Position numbers and translations under genes: made by a program
Notes under the pieces: generated by a model
What the model saw: the letters and a program-made list of their open reading frames with translations, nothing else
What the model was told of the DNA's origin: nothing
Databases searched by the model: none
Shown here: in pieces, positions 15,299 through 24,312 of the stretch
How the letters are laid out: every line of letters starts with the position of its first letter
Numbering within the stretch: position 1 is the first letter of the stretch
Origin: an uncultured Clostridia bacterium
GTDB lineage: Bacteria; Bacillota; Clostridia; Oscillospirales; Acutalibacteraceae
Reading direction: 5' to 3'
NCBI GenBank assembly: GCA_944384875.1
Contig: CALWVA010000001.1
Coordinates: 1 to 42,793, forward strand
DNA: 42,793 nucleotides

Positions 15299-17098
15299 TT
15301 AAGAAAACTGCGAATTATAAAGCGCCGCATAAAATCCGTTTTGGCGCATCAACTGCTGATGATTTCCCTGTTCAATCACATCTCCATCTTTGACCACCAG
15401 AATCAGATCTGCGTTCTGAATGGTCGACAGGCGGTGTGCGATCACAAAGCAGGTGCGCCCTTTCATCAGTTCTGCCATCGCGGCCTGAATCTGCAACTCT
15501 GTCCGTGAATCGACGTTGGATGTGGCTTCGTCCAGAATCAGCATCTGGCTTTTGGGCAGCATGGCGCGGGCGATGGTAATCAGCTGCTTTTGCCCTTTGG
15601 AAATATTGACGCCGTCGTCTGACAGCAGCGTATGATAGCCTTCCGGCAGCCGTTGAATAAAAGAATGGATTTTCGCGGCCTTTGCGGCGGCGATCACCTC
15701 CTCCATCGTCGCATCTTCCCGGCCATAGGTAATATTTTCGAGGATTGTTCCGTAAAATAGCCAGGTGTCCTGCAACACCATGGTATACGCACCGCGCAGA
15801 CTGTCTCTGGTGATGTTGTGAATATCGGTTTGGTCGACAGAGATTGTGCCGGTATCGATGTCGTAAAACCGCATCAGCAAATTGATGATCGTTGTTTTTC
15901 CGGCGCCGGTCGGGCCGACGATCGCCACTGTTTGACCTGGCTTTGCATGCAGCGACAGATGATGCAGAACCGGTCTGCCCGGCAGATATCCAAAGGCCAC
16001 GTTTTGCAGCCGCACATCTCCCTGCGCCTGCAACAGGCATGCCGCTCCCGGTTTATCAGCCGGCTCCGGCTGTTCATCGATAATACGGAAAATGCGCTCT
16101 GCTGCCGTAAACGCAGACTGAAATTCGCTGATAATGTTGGCAAATTCGTTGATCGGGCCGGCAAATTTACGGGAATACATCACAAATTGCGTCACGCCGC
16201 CGATGCTCATAAACCAGACTGAAGACGCTAAAACAGTGCCGTTTTGAGACAACAGATAGAGAATGCCGCCGAAAATCATGATCATGGAGATGGACAGGTT
16301 GTTGATAAAATTGACCGAGGGGCCGATGATCGCGCCATAATAGTCGGCGTCATAATAAGCGTCGACCGCCTCTTTGTTGCGCTGGTCGAATTGTTTGGTA
16401 ACGGTTTGCGCCCGATGATAGATGCCGATGGTCTTTGCGCCTGAAAGCATTTCTTCGGCATAGCCGTTTAATTCACCCAGCTTCCGGGACCGTTTGCGAA
16501 ACAGGGGCTGAATCTTTTTGGCTTTATGCCGTGTGAATGCAATCGAGATCGGCACGGTGATCGCAAACACCAGAATCAGCGGTTTTGAAATGACAAACAT
16601 AAAATACAGCGAGCCGACCACCGTATACACACTGGTAAGCACCTGTACCAGATCTGTCGAAAGCGATGCATTCACCGTATCGATGTCATAGGAAATGCGG
16701 CTGATGATATCGCCCGTTGTATGCGTATCAAAATAGGAGACCGGCAATACCGTCAGCTTTTCAAACAGCTGTTTTCGCATGCGATAGGTGATACTCTGGC
16801 TCAGGTGCACCATGAAAAAGGTCAGCAGATAAGACAATACCGCAGAGATCACATAGCAAACCAGCATCCGCCAGAAGTTGTATAAGACCTGGTCCATCAA
16901 TACGCCGTTTTTATTGGAAATTGCATCCATCGCGGCGCCGAGATACCGCGGGCCCAGCAGCGCCAGATAGTTGGATAAAAACGAAAAAATCAGAGCTATA
17001 ACGGCTAAATGCCAGTATTGCAGAATATATCCCAGCAACCGGAATAAAATATGCCCACCGGTTTTTGAGTTCTCAAGCCGCTGTTTTGCTTTATTCAA
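15299..17098 (-). CDS. ABC exporter, fused permease/ATPase (type IV exporter half-transporter)
   Basis: Six-TM N-terminal domain followed by an NBD: Walker A GPTGAGKTT, signature ISKGQKQL, Walker B LILDEATS, H-loop AHRLST. Confidence 0.92.
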   Translation of the reverse strand: MNKAKQRLENSKTGGHILFRLLGYILQYWHLAVIALIFSFLSNYLALLGPRYLGAAMDAISNKNGVLMDQVLYNFWRMLVCYVISAVLSYLLTFFMVHLSQSITYRMRKQLFEKLTVLPVSYFDTHTTGDIISRISYDIDTVNASLSTDLVQVLTSVYTVVGSLYFMFVISKPLILVFAITVPISIAFTRHKAKKIQPLFRKRSRKLGELNGYAEEMLSGAKTIGIYHRAQTVTKQFDQRNKEAVDAYYDADYYGAIIGPSVNFINNLSISMIMIFGGILYLLSQNGTVLASSVWFMSIGGVTQFVMYSRKFAGPINEFANIISEFQSAFTAAERIFRIIDEQPEPADKPGAACLLQAQGDVRLQNVAFGYLPGRPVLHHLSLHAKPGQTVAIVGPTGAGKTTIINLLMRFYDIDTGTISVDQTDIHNITRDSLRGAYTMVLQDTWLFYGTILENITYGREDATMEEVIAAAKAAKIHSFIQRLPEGYHTLLSDDGVNISKGQKQLITIARAMLPKSQMLILDEATSNVDSRTELQIQAAMAELMKGRTCFVIAHRLSTIQNADLILVVKDGDVIEQGNHQQLMRQNGFYAALYNSQFS

Positions 17099-18818
17099 TA
17101 AAGTTCCCTCCCATCTGAGATGCGCTGATTTCCTGATAGACCGCGCAATGTTTCATCAGATGCGCATGATCGCCGCTTCCGATGATCTGCCCGTCCTCCA
17201 ACACAATGATGAAATCCGCGTTCATGACCGAACTGACCCGTTGCGCCACGACCACGCAGGTGGTATTACTCATATTTTCGGCAATCGCCGCCCGCAGATT
17301 GGCGTCTGTTTTATAATCCAGCGCCGAGGAAGAATCGTCCAGAATCAGAATGTCGGGATGCGCCGCCAACGCCCGGGCGATCAGCAGCCGCTGCTTCTGA
17401 CCGCCTGAAATATTGGTCGCTTTTTGAGACAGCACATGTTGGTAGCCGTCTGCAAAAGCGGTGATAAAATCATCGGCCTGGGCAATTTTTGCCGCGCGCA
17501 CAATCTCTGCGTGCCCGATCGGCCGGCCAAACCGGATGTTTTCTTCAATGGTATCGGAATACAGAAAATCATTTTGCATTGCCACGCCGAATTTTAGATG
17601 CAGCTCTTCTTCGGGAATGGTGCGGATATCCCGCCCGTCGATGCGGATCCCGCCGGCATCCACGTCATATAAGCGCATCAGCAGACTGACCACCGTGGTT
17701 TTCCCGCTGCCGGTGGCGCCGATGATGCCCAACGTGCTGCCGCGGGGCAACGAGAAGCTGATGTGCTTTAAATTGTCCCGGCTGTTGTTATAAGAAAAGC
17801 AGACGTCGTCAAATACAATATAGGCGCCGTCGTCCCGGGGCGGATAGACAGCTGCAGAAACCACCGCCAGATCTTTTGGCGCATCGACCACCTGTTGGAT
17901 TCGTTTGGCAGACGCTGCGCTTTTGGTATACATCATAAAAATTCTGGTAACAGAAAGCGTCGCGGTAGAGATCATGGTAAAATACTGCGTAAAAGCGACG
18001 ATTTTTCCCGGCTCAGTCTGCTGCCCCATGACGCGGTAAGCGCCGAGCAACACGACAAAGGTGATGCCAAGGTTCATTAACAGGCTCATGACAGGGTTGA
18101 CAAATCCCATTGTCAAACTGGCCTTTTTTTCCGCCTGGATCAAATTCCGGTTGACCCGGTCATACCGCTGGTGTTCTTTTTGCACTTTGGAAAGGGCCTT
18201 GATCACACGTATGCCCTGGGCGTCCTCACGAACCACGCGGATCATGCGATCAACCGACCGCTGCACATTTGCATAAAGCCGGACGCCGAACATGGAAACC
18301 AGATAGACCACAATAAAGATCACCGGCATTACCGCCAGCATGACCAGCGACAAAAAGGGATCCATAATCAGTGTTACAAGGATGCCGCCGAACAGTAAAA
18401 GCGGCGCCCGCACCCCCAGCCGCTGGATTCTGCCGATAAAATTATGTACGTTATAAGTATCGGTAGTGATTCTAGATTCCAGCGACGGTATCGTAAACTG
18501 ATCGATCTGTTTGCCTGAGAGAGTCATGGTTCTGTAAAACAGGTCATGCCGAATCTTTTCGGCGCTGTCGCGGGCGACCTTTGAAGCCATGCGGTTGGCT
18601 TTGACGTTACAGATCAGCGCAATCGCCGCGCATAAAATCATGACGCAGCCCCAGACCACGATCATTGACAGCCGGCCGTCGTGCGGCACGATCTCATCCA
18701 GAATATAGCTCAGAATATAAGGCAGCGCCAGCTCAATCAGCGTTCCGATACATTTGATGAACAGCCCGACCAGCATCGCGCTGACATAGGGTTTTAAATA
18801 TCTGCATAAAAATTTCAT
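17091..18818 (-). CDS. ABC exporter, fused permease/ATPase (partner half-transporter)
   Basis: TMD plus NBD: Walker A GATGSGKTT, signature ISGGQKQRL, Walker B LILDDSSSALD, H-loop AQRVSS. It overlaps the downstream partner by 8 nt, as expected for a heterodimeric exporter. Confidence 0.92.
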   Translation of the reverse strand: MKFLCRYLKPYVSAMLVGLFIKCIGTLIELALPYILSYILDEIVPHDGRLSMIVVWGCVMILCAAIALICNVKANRMASKVARDSAEKIRHDLFYRTMTLSGKQIDQFTIPSLESRITTDTYNVHNFIGRIQRLGVRAPLLLFGGILVTLIMDPFLSLVMLAVMPVIFIVVYLVSMFGVRLYANVQRSVDRMIRVVREDAQGIRVIKALSKVQKEHQRYDRVNRNLIQAEKKASLTMGFVNPVMSLLMNLGITFVVLLGAYRVMGQQTEPGKIVAFTQYFTMISTATLSVTRIFMMYTKSAASAKRIQQVVDAPKDLAVVSAAVYPPRDDGAYIVFDDVCFSYNNSRDNLKHISFSLPRGSTLGIIGATGSGKTTVVSLLMRLYDVDAGGIRIDGRDIRTIPEEELHLKFGVAMQNDFLYSDTIEENIRFGRPIGHAEIVRAAKIAQADDFITAFADGYQHVLSQKATNISGGQKQRLLIARALAAHPDILILDDSSSALDYKTDANLRAAIAENMSNTTCVVVAQRVSSVMNADFIIVLEDGQIIGSGDHAHLMKHCAVYQEISASQMGGNFIE

Positions 18819-18858
18819 GGCGATTCCTGATGCCTTTCAAAATATCGTCTTGCCTGTA

Positions 18859-19074
18859 CACATGTTTGCGATCGCCGCCACGACGGCGATCAAACGTGCT
18901 TGTAATGCCCCGCGCAGCGGATAATAACTGCTCTTGCGGTTATTATACCATATTGCAGTTGGCAATATGGTATAATTGCACATGTTTGCGGTTGCTGCCT
19001 CGGCAGCGAGCAAACGAGCTTGCAATGCCCCGCGCAGCGGATAATAACCGCTCTTGCGGTTATTATACCATATT
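18859..19074. repeat. Tandem duplicated 96-nt structured unit (period 120 bp) carrying extended -10 boxes
   Basis: Unit 1 is 18859-18954 and unit 2 is 18979-19074, with about 10 mismatches by hand alignment. Each unit contains a long hairpin, a CCGC-GCA-GCGG mini-hairpin and an 11-4-11 palindrome ATAATAAC(C/T)GC-TCTT-GCGGTTATTAT. A 15-bp inverted repeat (18942-18956 / 18962-18976) separates the units. Confidence 0.85.
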
Positions 19075-19183
19075 TTTTCGAAACCGTCGACCGTTTGCAG
19101 GTTATTCAGAATTTTTTTTACAGAATATAGCGCCGGTCGCAATTTTGTGTGCAGCCGAAAGTATGAAAATCAAACAAGGCCGC

Positions 19184-19212
19184 TTGCGAAATCCGGCGCA
19201 GGCTGATATAAT
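19184..19212 (+). promoter_or_regulatory. sigma-A promoter of pth-mfd
   Basis: TTGCGA (19184-19189), a 17-nt spacer, then TGaTATAAT (hexamer 19207-19212). Confidence 0.55.
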
Positions 19213-19269
19213 GAATATGCTTGTGTGCGCTGTTTCGGACAGTATGATGCACACATTGAGTTTGAGAGG

Positions 19270-19881
19270 ATGATTGGCGCGGTGTTTTTCAGGAGAAAGC
19301 AATTCGACAGCAGCGTTGACTGGTGTATTGTCGGGCTGGGTAATCCGGGCCGCGAATATGACGGGTCGCGGCATAACATCGGTTTTGCCGTGTTGGATTA
19401 TATCGCCGACAAAACCGGCGTCGCAGTCAAAAAGCTGAAGTGGAAAGGCCTGTATGGAACCGGCGTGATCGACGGGCAGCGGGTACTGCTGCTCAAGCCA
19501 CAGACTTTTATGAACAACTCGGGAGAGAGCGTTCGCGATCTGTTGTCGTTCTACAAGCTCCCGCCCGAACGGTGTATTTTGCTGTTTGACGATATCTCGC
19601 TGCCGCCGGGCAATATTCGCATCCGCCGAAAGGGATCAGACGGCGGGCACAACGGCGTTAAAAGCATTTTATATCTGACAGGGTCTGATCAGTTTCCCCG
19701 CATCAAGATTGGCGTTGGGCAAAAGCCCCGGCCGGATTATGATCTGGCCGCGTGGGTGTTGGCCAGGTTTCCGGAACATGATCTGCCCGCAATGCGGCAG
19801 GCTGCCGAGAAAGCCTATCAGTCGGTGTTATTGATGCTGCAGGGGCAGACCGAACAGGCGATGAACCGCTATAATTCTTAG
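19270..19881 (+). CDS. pth: Peptidyl-tRNA hydrolase
   Basis: IVGLGNPGREYDGSRHNIGF, LLKPQTFMNNSGESV, DDISLPPGNIRIRRKGSDGGHNGVKS and RIKIGVG are canonical Pth motifs. The start is uncertain: ATG 19270, or GTG 19282. The ORF-track GTG 19225 lies about 6 nt after the predicted TSS and has no SD. Confidence 0.9.
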   Translation: MIGAVFFRRKQFDSSVDWCIVGLGNPGREYDGSRHNIGFAVLDYIADKTGVAVKKLKWKGLYGTGVIDGQRVLLLKPQTFMNNSGESVRDLLSFYKLPPERCILLFDDISLPPGNIRIRRKGSDGGHNGVKSILYLTGSDQFPRIKIGVGQKPRPDYDLAAWVLARFPEHDLPAMRQAAEKAYQSVLLMLQGQTEQAMNRYNS

Positions 19882-19995
19882 CGCGGCTGGGCTGCTTCTA
19901 TTTGGCGGCCAAATCGCATTCAAACCATGGAAGAAAGGAGACCGGATCTATCGGCCGGCAGCGGCCGTGTCGATCCGGCTTTGTGATAGAACTAT

Positions 19996-22900
19996 ATGGA
20001 GTTTTTAAACCGGGCGCTGCGAAGCCTGCCCGCTTATGACCGTCTGCGGCAGGCGGTGGAGAACGGCCATGTGCCGGTATCCGCCACCGGGCTTTCCGGC
20101 GTTCACAAGGCGAATCTGATCTGCACACTGCCTGCCGATTTGCACCGGCGGGCTTTGGTCGTTGCGCCGGACGAAGGCGCCGCTGTAAAAATGACCGAGC
20201 TGCTGGCGCAGATGGGTGCAGATCCGCTGTTATTTCCCGCCCGTGATCTGTGCCTGCGGCCGGTAGAGGGTGTTTCCCGAGAATTTGAGCGGAACCGGAT
20301 CGGTGTGTTGTCCTGCCTGATGCAGGAGCAGGGCAGTATCGTCGTCGCTACGCCTGACGCGTTGCTGTTGCACACCATGCCGCCGGCGGTGCTGAAACAG
20401 CTGGTGTTGCGGATAGACCTGTCTGAAAACCTGACGCCGGAACAGCTGGTGCAGACGCTGGTTGCCGGCGGATACGCCCACACTGACAGCGTGGAGGGCG
20501 AGGGGCAATTTGCCCGGCGCGGCGGCATTGTGGACGTGTTTGTCCCCGGCATGCAGCAGCCCGCCCGCGTGGAGTTCTGGGGTGACGAGATCGATTCTAT
20601 TTCACTGTTTGATCCGGTCACACAACGGCGCACCGACAAGGCTGACAGCCTGACTGTCACCCCCGCCAGAGAGGTGTTATATACCGACCCGGCGGCGTTT
20701 TGCCACCGGCTGCAACAGCTGGCAGACCGCTTGAAGCCGGCAGAACAGGCGGCAAAGCAGCATCTTTATGAAGATCTGGACCAGATCAAAAACGGGGTTT
20801 TGCTGTCTGATCTAGATCGATATATTTCGCTGTGCTACGACCAGCCCGCCACACTGCTGGATTATCTGGGTGACGCGATGGTGTTTGTCGATGAGCAGAA
20901 TCATATAGATGAACGGCTGCGCGGGATTGAACAGCGCCACGCCGGAGAACTGACCGCGTTACTGGAAGAGGGCCGGCTGTGCAAAGCGCTTGTGGACAGC
21001 TTTTGTATGGGACGCACGTCGTTTTACAGCTGGCTGCAACAGACCGATACCGTGTTGTTAGAGACCTTTGCCGTTCGTTCCGGCGCGGTCAGCCCGAAAG
21101 ACGCCGTGACCTTTGATCTTAAAACCATCCCGGCGTGGAACGGGCTGATCGAAGAATTGCAGACCGATCTTGCGCCGTATTTACACGAGCAGTACAGGGT
21201 GGTGATTCTGGGCGGCAGCCAGCGGGCCTCCATCACGCTGGCCGACAGCCTGCAGGCCGCGGGGTTGCCTGCGGTTTACGGCGAGCAGGTAGACGTGCCT
21301 TCGGCAGGCGGGATCGTCGTGACCCCGGGCGGGCTGCCCATGGGCATTGAATATACCGGCGTTAAAATTGCCGTGTTTACCCATGCCCGAGCCGCCCAGC
21401 CGAAAAAGCGCAAAAAATATGGCATGCAGGGCGCGGCCATCGGCTCACTGGAGGAACTGCACCGGGGCGATTATGTGGTGCACTCGGTATATGGGATCGG
21501 TGTGTTCGACGGGATCAATAAAATCGAAAACAATGGAATTATCAAGGATTATATCAAGATCCGTTATCAGCGGGATGATATTTTATATGTGCCGGTGACC
21601 CAGCTGGATCTGGTCTCGCGTTATATCGGCGCGCCGGAGAGCGGCGCGGCGCTGAAGCTGGATAAGCTGGGATCGGACCGGTGGCTGAAAACCAAGGCGC
21701 GGGTCAAATCGGCAGTCAAGGATATGGCAAAAGAGCTGATCGCATTATATGCCAAGCGCGCTTCTGCCAAAGGCTTTGCGTTTTCGCCTGATACCGATTT
21801 ACAACATGATTTTGAATATCGTTTTCCTTATGAGGAAACCGATGATCAGCTTAAATGCTGTGACGAGATCAAGGGCGATATGGAGCGCCCCATGCCGATG
21901 GACCGGCTGCTGTGCGGCGACGTGGGCTTCGGCAAAACCGAAGTGGCGCTGCGGGCGGCCTTTAAGTGTGTCTGCGACGGCAAGCAGTGCGCGATTTTAG
22001 TGCCCACCACCATTTTAGCCATGCAGCACTATAAAACGCTGCTGCAGCGGATGGAGGGGTTTCCGGTTCAGATTGAAATGCTGTCGCGTTTTAAAACGCC
22101 GGCACAGCAGACAGCGATCCGACAGAAGCTGCGGCGCGGCGAGATTGATATTATCGTCGGCACCCACCGGCTGATTTCCAAAGATGTTCAGTTTGCTGAT
22201 TTGGGGCTGCTGGTGGTAGATGAGGAGCAGCGGTTCGGGGTAGCGCAGAAAGAAAAACTCAAGCAGCTGTTTCCCACGGTGGATGTGCTGACGCTGTCGG
22301 CTACGCCCATTCCGCGCACGCTGAACATGGCGATGTCCGGTTTGCGGGATATGTCGGTGATCGAAGAGGCGCCGCAGGACCGGTATCCGGTGCAGTCTTA
22401 TGTTCTGGAATATGACCGGGGCGTGCTGTATGATGCGATCCGGCGGGAGCTGTTCCGGGGCGGGCAGGTTTATTATATTCACAACCGGGTAGATACCATC
22501 TCGCGCATCGCCGCGCGGATTCAGGAGGATATTCCTGAAGCCCGGGTAGCGGTGGCCCATGGTCAGATGGATGAACACGCGTTGTCAGAGATCTGGCGCA
22601 GCGTCATCGACGGCGAGATCAACGTTTTGGTCTGCACAACCATCATCGAGACCGGTGTGGATGTACCCAACGTCAACACGCTGATTATTGAAGACGCCGA
22701 CCGGTTTGGTCTGTCCCAGCTGCACCAGCTGCGGGGGCGGGTAGGCCGTTCTCCCCGGCGAGCCTATGCTTATTTTACCTTCCGGCGCGGTAAGGCGCTG
22801 TCTGAGGTGTCTGAAAAACGGCTGGAGGCCATTCGGGAATTCACCGAGTTTGGCGCCGGTTTCAAGATTGCGATGCGCGATCTTGAGATCCGGGGCGCAG

Positions 22901-23448
22901 GCAATGTGCTGGGCGCGCGGCAGCACGGGCATATGGAATCGGTGGGTTATGATATGTATTTAAAACTGCTGTCTGACGCGGTGAAAGAGGAAAAGGGCGA
23001 GCCGGTCACCGACGCGCCGGACTGCACGGTGGATCTGCAGATGGCGGCGCATATCCCGGAAAATTATATCCCGGCGCTACCGGAGCGGCTGCATATCTAC
23101 CGGCGGATCGCGCAGATCAAAACCCAGGAACAGTCAGAAGATGTACTCGACGAATTGATCGACCGTTATGGCGAGCCGCCGGCGTCGGTGCTGGGGCTGA
23201 TCGATATCGCGTTTCTGCGCAACCGCGCCGCCGCCGCCGGCATCACAGAGATTGCACAAAAAGGCGGCTGTATGCTGTTGTATCCGGCAAAGTTCGATCT
23301 GCAAAAAGCGTCGGCGCTGGTGAGCGCGCTGAAAGGGCGGGTGATGCTCTCTGGCGGCGAGCGACCGTATATTTCGGTGCGCTTCAAGTCTGACAGCCAG
23401 CTTCCCACCGATCTGCTGCAGGAAATTTTGGACGCTTACGGCGCGTAA
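19996..23448 (+). CDS. mfd: Transcription-repair coupling factor
   Basis: 1150 aa with a UvrB-homology N-terminus and a CarD/TRCF RNAP-interaction domain (GDYVVHSVYGIGVFDG). The superfamily-2 helicase motifs are LLCGDVGFGKTEVA, DEEQRFG, TLSATPIPRT and QLRGRVGRS, followed by a TRG motif and a C-terminal D7 domain. The pth-mfd order is conserved in Firmicutes. Confidence 0.96.
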   Translation: MEFLNRALRSLPAYDRLRQAVENGHVPVSATGLSGVHKANLICTLPADLHRRALVVAPDEGAAVKMTELLAQMGADPLLFPARDLCLRPVEGVSREFERNRIGVLSCLMQEQGSIVVATPDALLLHTMPPAVLKQLVLRIDLSENLTPEQLVQTLVAGGYAHTDSVEGEGQFARRGGIVDVFVPGMQQPARVEFWGDEIDSISLFDPVTQRRTDKADSLTVTPAREVLYTDPAAFCHRLQQLADRLKPAEQAAKQHLYEDLDQIKNGVLLSDLDRYISLCYDQPATLLDYLGDAMVFVDEQNHIDERLRGIEQRHAGELTALLEEGRLCKALVDSFCMGRTSFYSWLQQTDTVLLETFAVRSGAVSPKDAVTFDLKTIPAWNGLIEELQTDLAPYLHEQYRVVILGGSQRASITLADSLQAAGLPAVYGEQVDVPSAGGIVVTPGGLPMGIEYTGVKIAVFTHARAAQPKKRKKYGMQGAAIGSLEELHRGDYVVHSVYGIGVFDGINKIENNGIIKDYIKIRYQRDDILYVPVTQLDLVSRYIGAPESGAALKLDKLGSDRWLKTKARVKSAVKDMAKELIALYAKRASAKGFAFSPDTDLQHDFEYRFPYEETDDQLKCCDEIKGDMERPMPMDRLLCGDVGFGKTEVALRAAFKCVCDGKQCAILVPTTILAMQHYKTLLQRMEGFPVQIEMLSRFKTPAQQTAIRQKLRRGEIDIIVGTHRLISKDVQFADLGLLVVDEEQRFGVAQKEKLKQLFPTVDVLTLSATPIPRTLNMAMSGLRDMSVIEEAPQDRYPVQSYVLEYDRGVLYDAIRRELFRGGQVYYIHNRVDTISRIAARIQEDIPEARVAVAHGQMDEHALSEIWRSVIDGEINVLVCTTIIETGVDVPNVNTLIIEDADRFGLSQLHQLRGRVGRSPRRAYAYFTFRRGKALSEVSEKRLEAIREFTEFGAGFKIAMRDLEIRGAGNVLGARQHGHMESVGYDMYLKLLSDAVKEEKGEPVTDAPDCTVDLQMAAHIPENYIPALPERLHIYRRIAQIKTQEQSEDVLDELIDRYGEPPASVLGLIDIAFLRNRAAAAGITEIAQKGGCMLLYPAKFDLQKASALVSALKGRVMLSGGERPYISVRFKSDSQLPTDLLQEILDAYGA

Positions 23449-23523
23449 AGGTGTGGAGGTTGGTTGCATCCGGGTGTTTGTTGTAACAATTGGCCGGGTA
23501 TCTATAGGGCCCGCATTTTTCAT

Positions 23524-23567
23524 AAAAAACAATATGGGCCGGGAACACCCGGCCCATATTGTTTTTT
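23524..23567. terminator. Bidirectional rho-independent terminator
   Basis: AAAAAACAATATGGGCCGGG-AACA-CCCGGCCCATATTGTTTTTT forms a perfect 20-bp stem whose A/T runs give a U-tract in both orientations. It lies between convergent mfd and the DUF2325 gene. Confidence 0.9.
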
Positions 23568-23592
23568 ATGCGATACATTTCTGTTTGGCCGA

Positions 23593-23895
23593 TTACACTT
23601 TGTTCTGTTCCGCCTGCCCGGTATGCGCCGCCAGCACGCCGTGCAGCGCAGAGGCGCTGCTGGTATGCACCCGTGCGATCGGGATGTTGTTGCGTTTTGC
23701 CTCCTGTGATGCGCTGATCATCATTTTGTGCGATACCGTCCCGGTAAAGACGATCAACAAATCCGGACACCCCATTTTCTTTCGCAGGGTGCCGCTTTCT
23801 TTCGGAAACACCTTGGCCTTATAGCCGTAATTTTTACAGATCGACTGATATTGACAGACCATGCGTTCATTTCCGCCTACAATCACAACGCTCAT
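23593..23895 (-). CDS. DUF2325-family small protein
   Basis: 100 aa. MSVVIVGGNERMV..Y...C...G...KVF.......L.KK.G..DLLIVFTGTVSHKMM..A..EAK..NIPIARVHTSSASAL matches my memory of the DUF2325 pattern. An AAAGGAG SD lies 7 nt before the ATG. Confidence 0.72.
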   Translation of the reverse strand: MSVVIVGGNERMVCQYQSICKNYGYKAKVFPKESGTLRKKMGCPDLLIVFTGTVSHKMMISASQEAKRNNIPIARVHTSSASALHGVLAAHTGQAEQNKV

Positions 23896-24091
23896 CGTTT
23901 TGCTCCTTTCGTTTGCAATCAGCCAGGTCCTGTTAGGTGAGGACTCGACATGCAGATCTGTGGCCTGAGAAGTTCGTTATAAATAACCACATAAGATGAA
24001 GCCCTACAAGATCAGATAAGATCATACGAAATTAAAATGAAGGACACTGCCGCCCGTCATTTTAGCTTTTGGTTAGGTTAGACTAACTGTA

Positions 24092-24120
24092 AGTATACAC
24101 AATGGTTTGTTGCATGTCAA
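24092..24120 (-). promoter_or_regulatory. Near-consensus sigma-A promoter driving a ~190-nt leader of the DUF2325 gene
   Basis: On the minus strand: TTGACA (24120-24115), a 17-nt spacer, then TATACT (24097-24092). Confidence 0.6.
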
Positions 24121-24250
24121 GAATTTTTTGCCTGGATTGCCGCAAAAAATCAGCCGGCTTGCGGTGGCCACAGATACCGCGTGTTTTATAATGGCGAATA
24201 TGATATTTACGCAAACAATGAATCAAACCCTCTGAACTGTTGCTTTTATA

Positions 24251-24279
24251 TTGCGCGTCGGCGGTTTTGCGTGTATAAT
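24251..24279 (+). promoter_or_regulatory. Candidate sigma-A promoter of rlmA
   Basis: TTGCGC (24251-24256), a 17-nt spacer, then TATAAT (24274-24279), 34 nt upstream of the ATG. Confidence 0.5.
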
Positions 24280-24312
24280 GTCGATAAACAACACATCAGG
24301 GAGGAAAGCGGC

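Noticed and set aside
18837-19142. 101-aa minus-strand ORF with an internally repeated peptide (IWYNNRKSGYYPLRGALQARL...ANMC twice), ending 18 nt before the ABC exporter start. It could be read as a leader peptide or uORF.
   Set aside because: The peptide repeat is simply the translation of the 120-bp DNA repeat. The differences between the copies are almost all non-synonymous in this frame and are better explained by hairpin-preserving changes. There is no SD, and the predicted promoters lie inside the ORF. A 147-aa plus-strand ORF (18830-19273) over the same DNA is rejected for the same reasons.
19882-19995. SD-like AAAGGAGA and a CCGGATC...GATCCGG hairpin between pth and mfd (possible small ORF or attenuator).
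   Set aside because: No start codon lies at a suitable distance, an in-frame stop blocks any 5' extension of mfd, and the hairpin lacks a U-tract. The evidence is insufficient.
23896-24091. Cobalamin or TPP riboswitch assignment for the DUF2325 leader.
   Set aside because: There are only fragmentary resemblances (GCCACAG, AGGACCTGGC; CTGATC...TAGGG). The conserved cores of both families are missing. It is kept only as an unassigned candidate.
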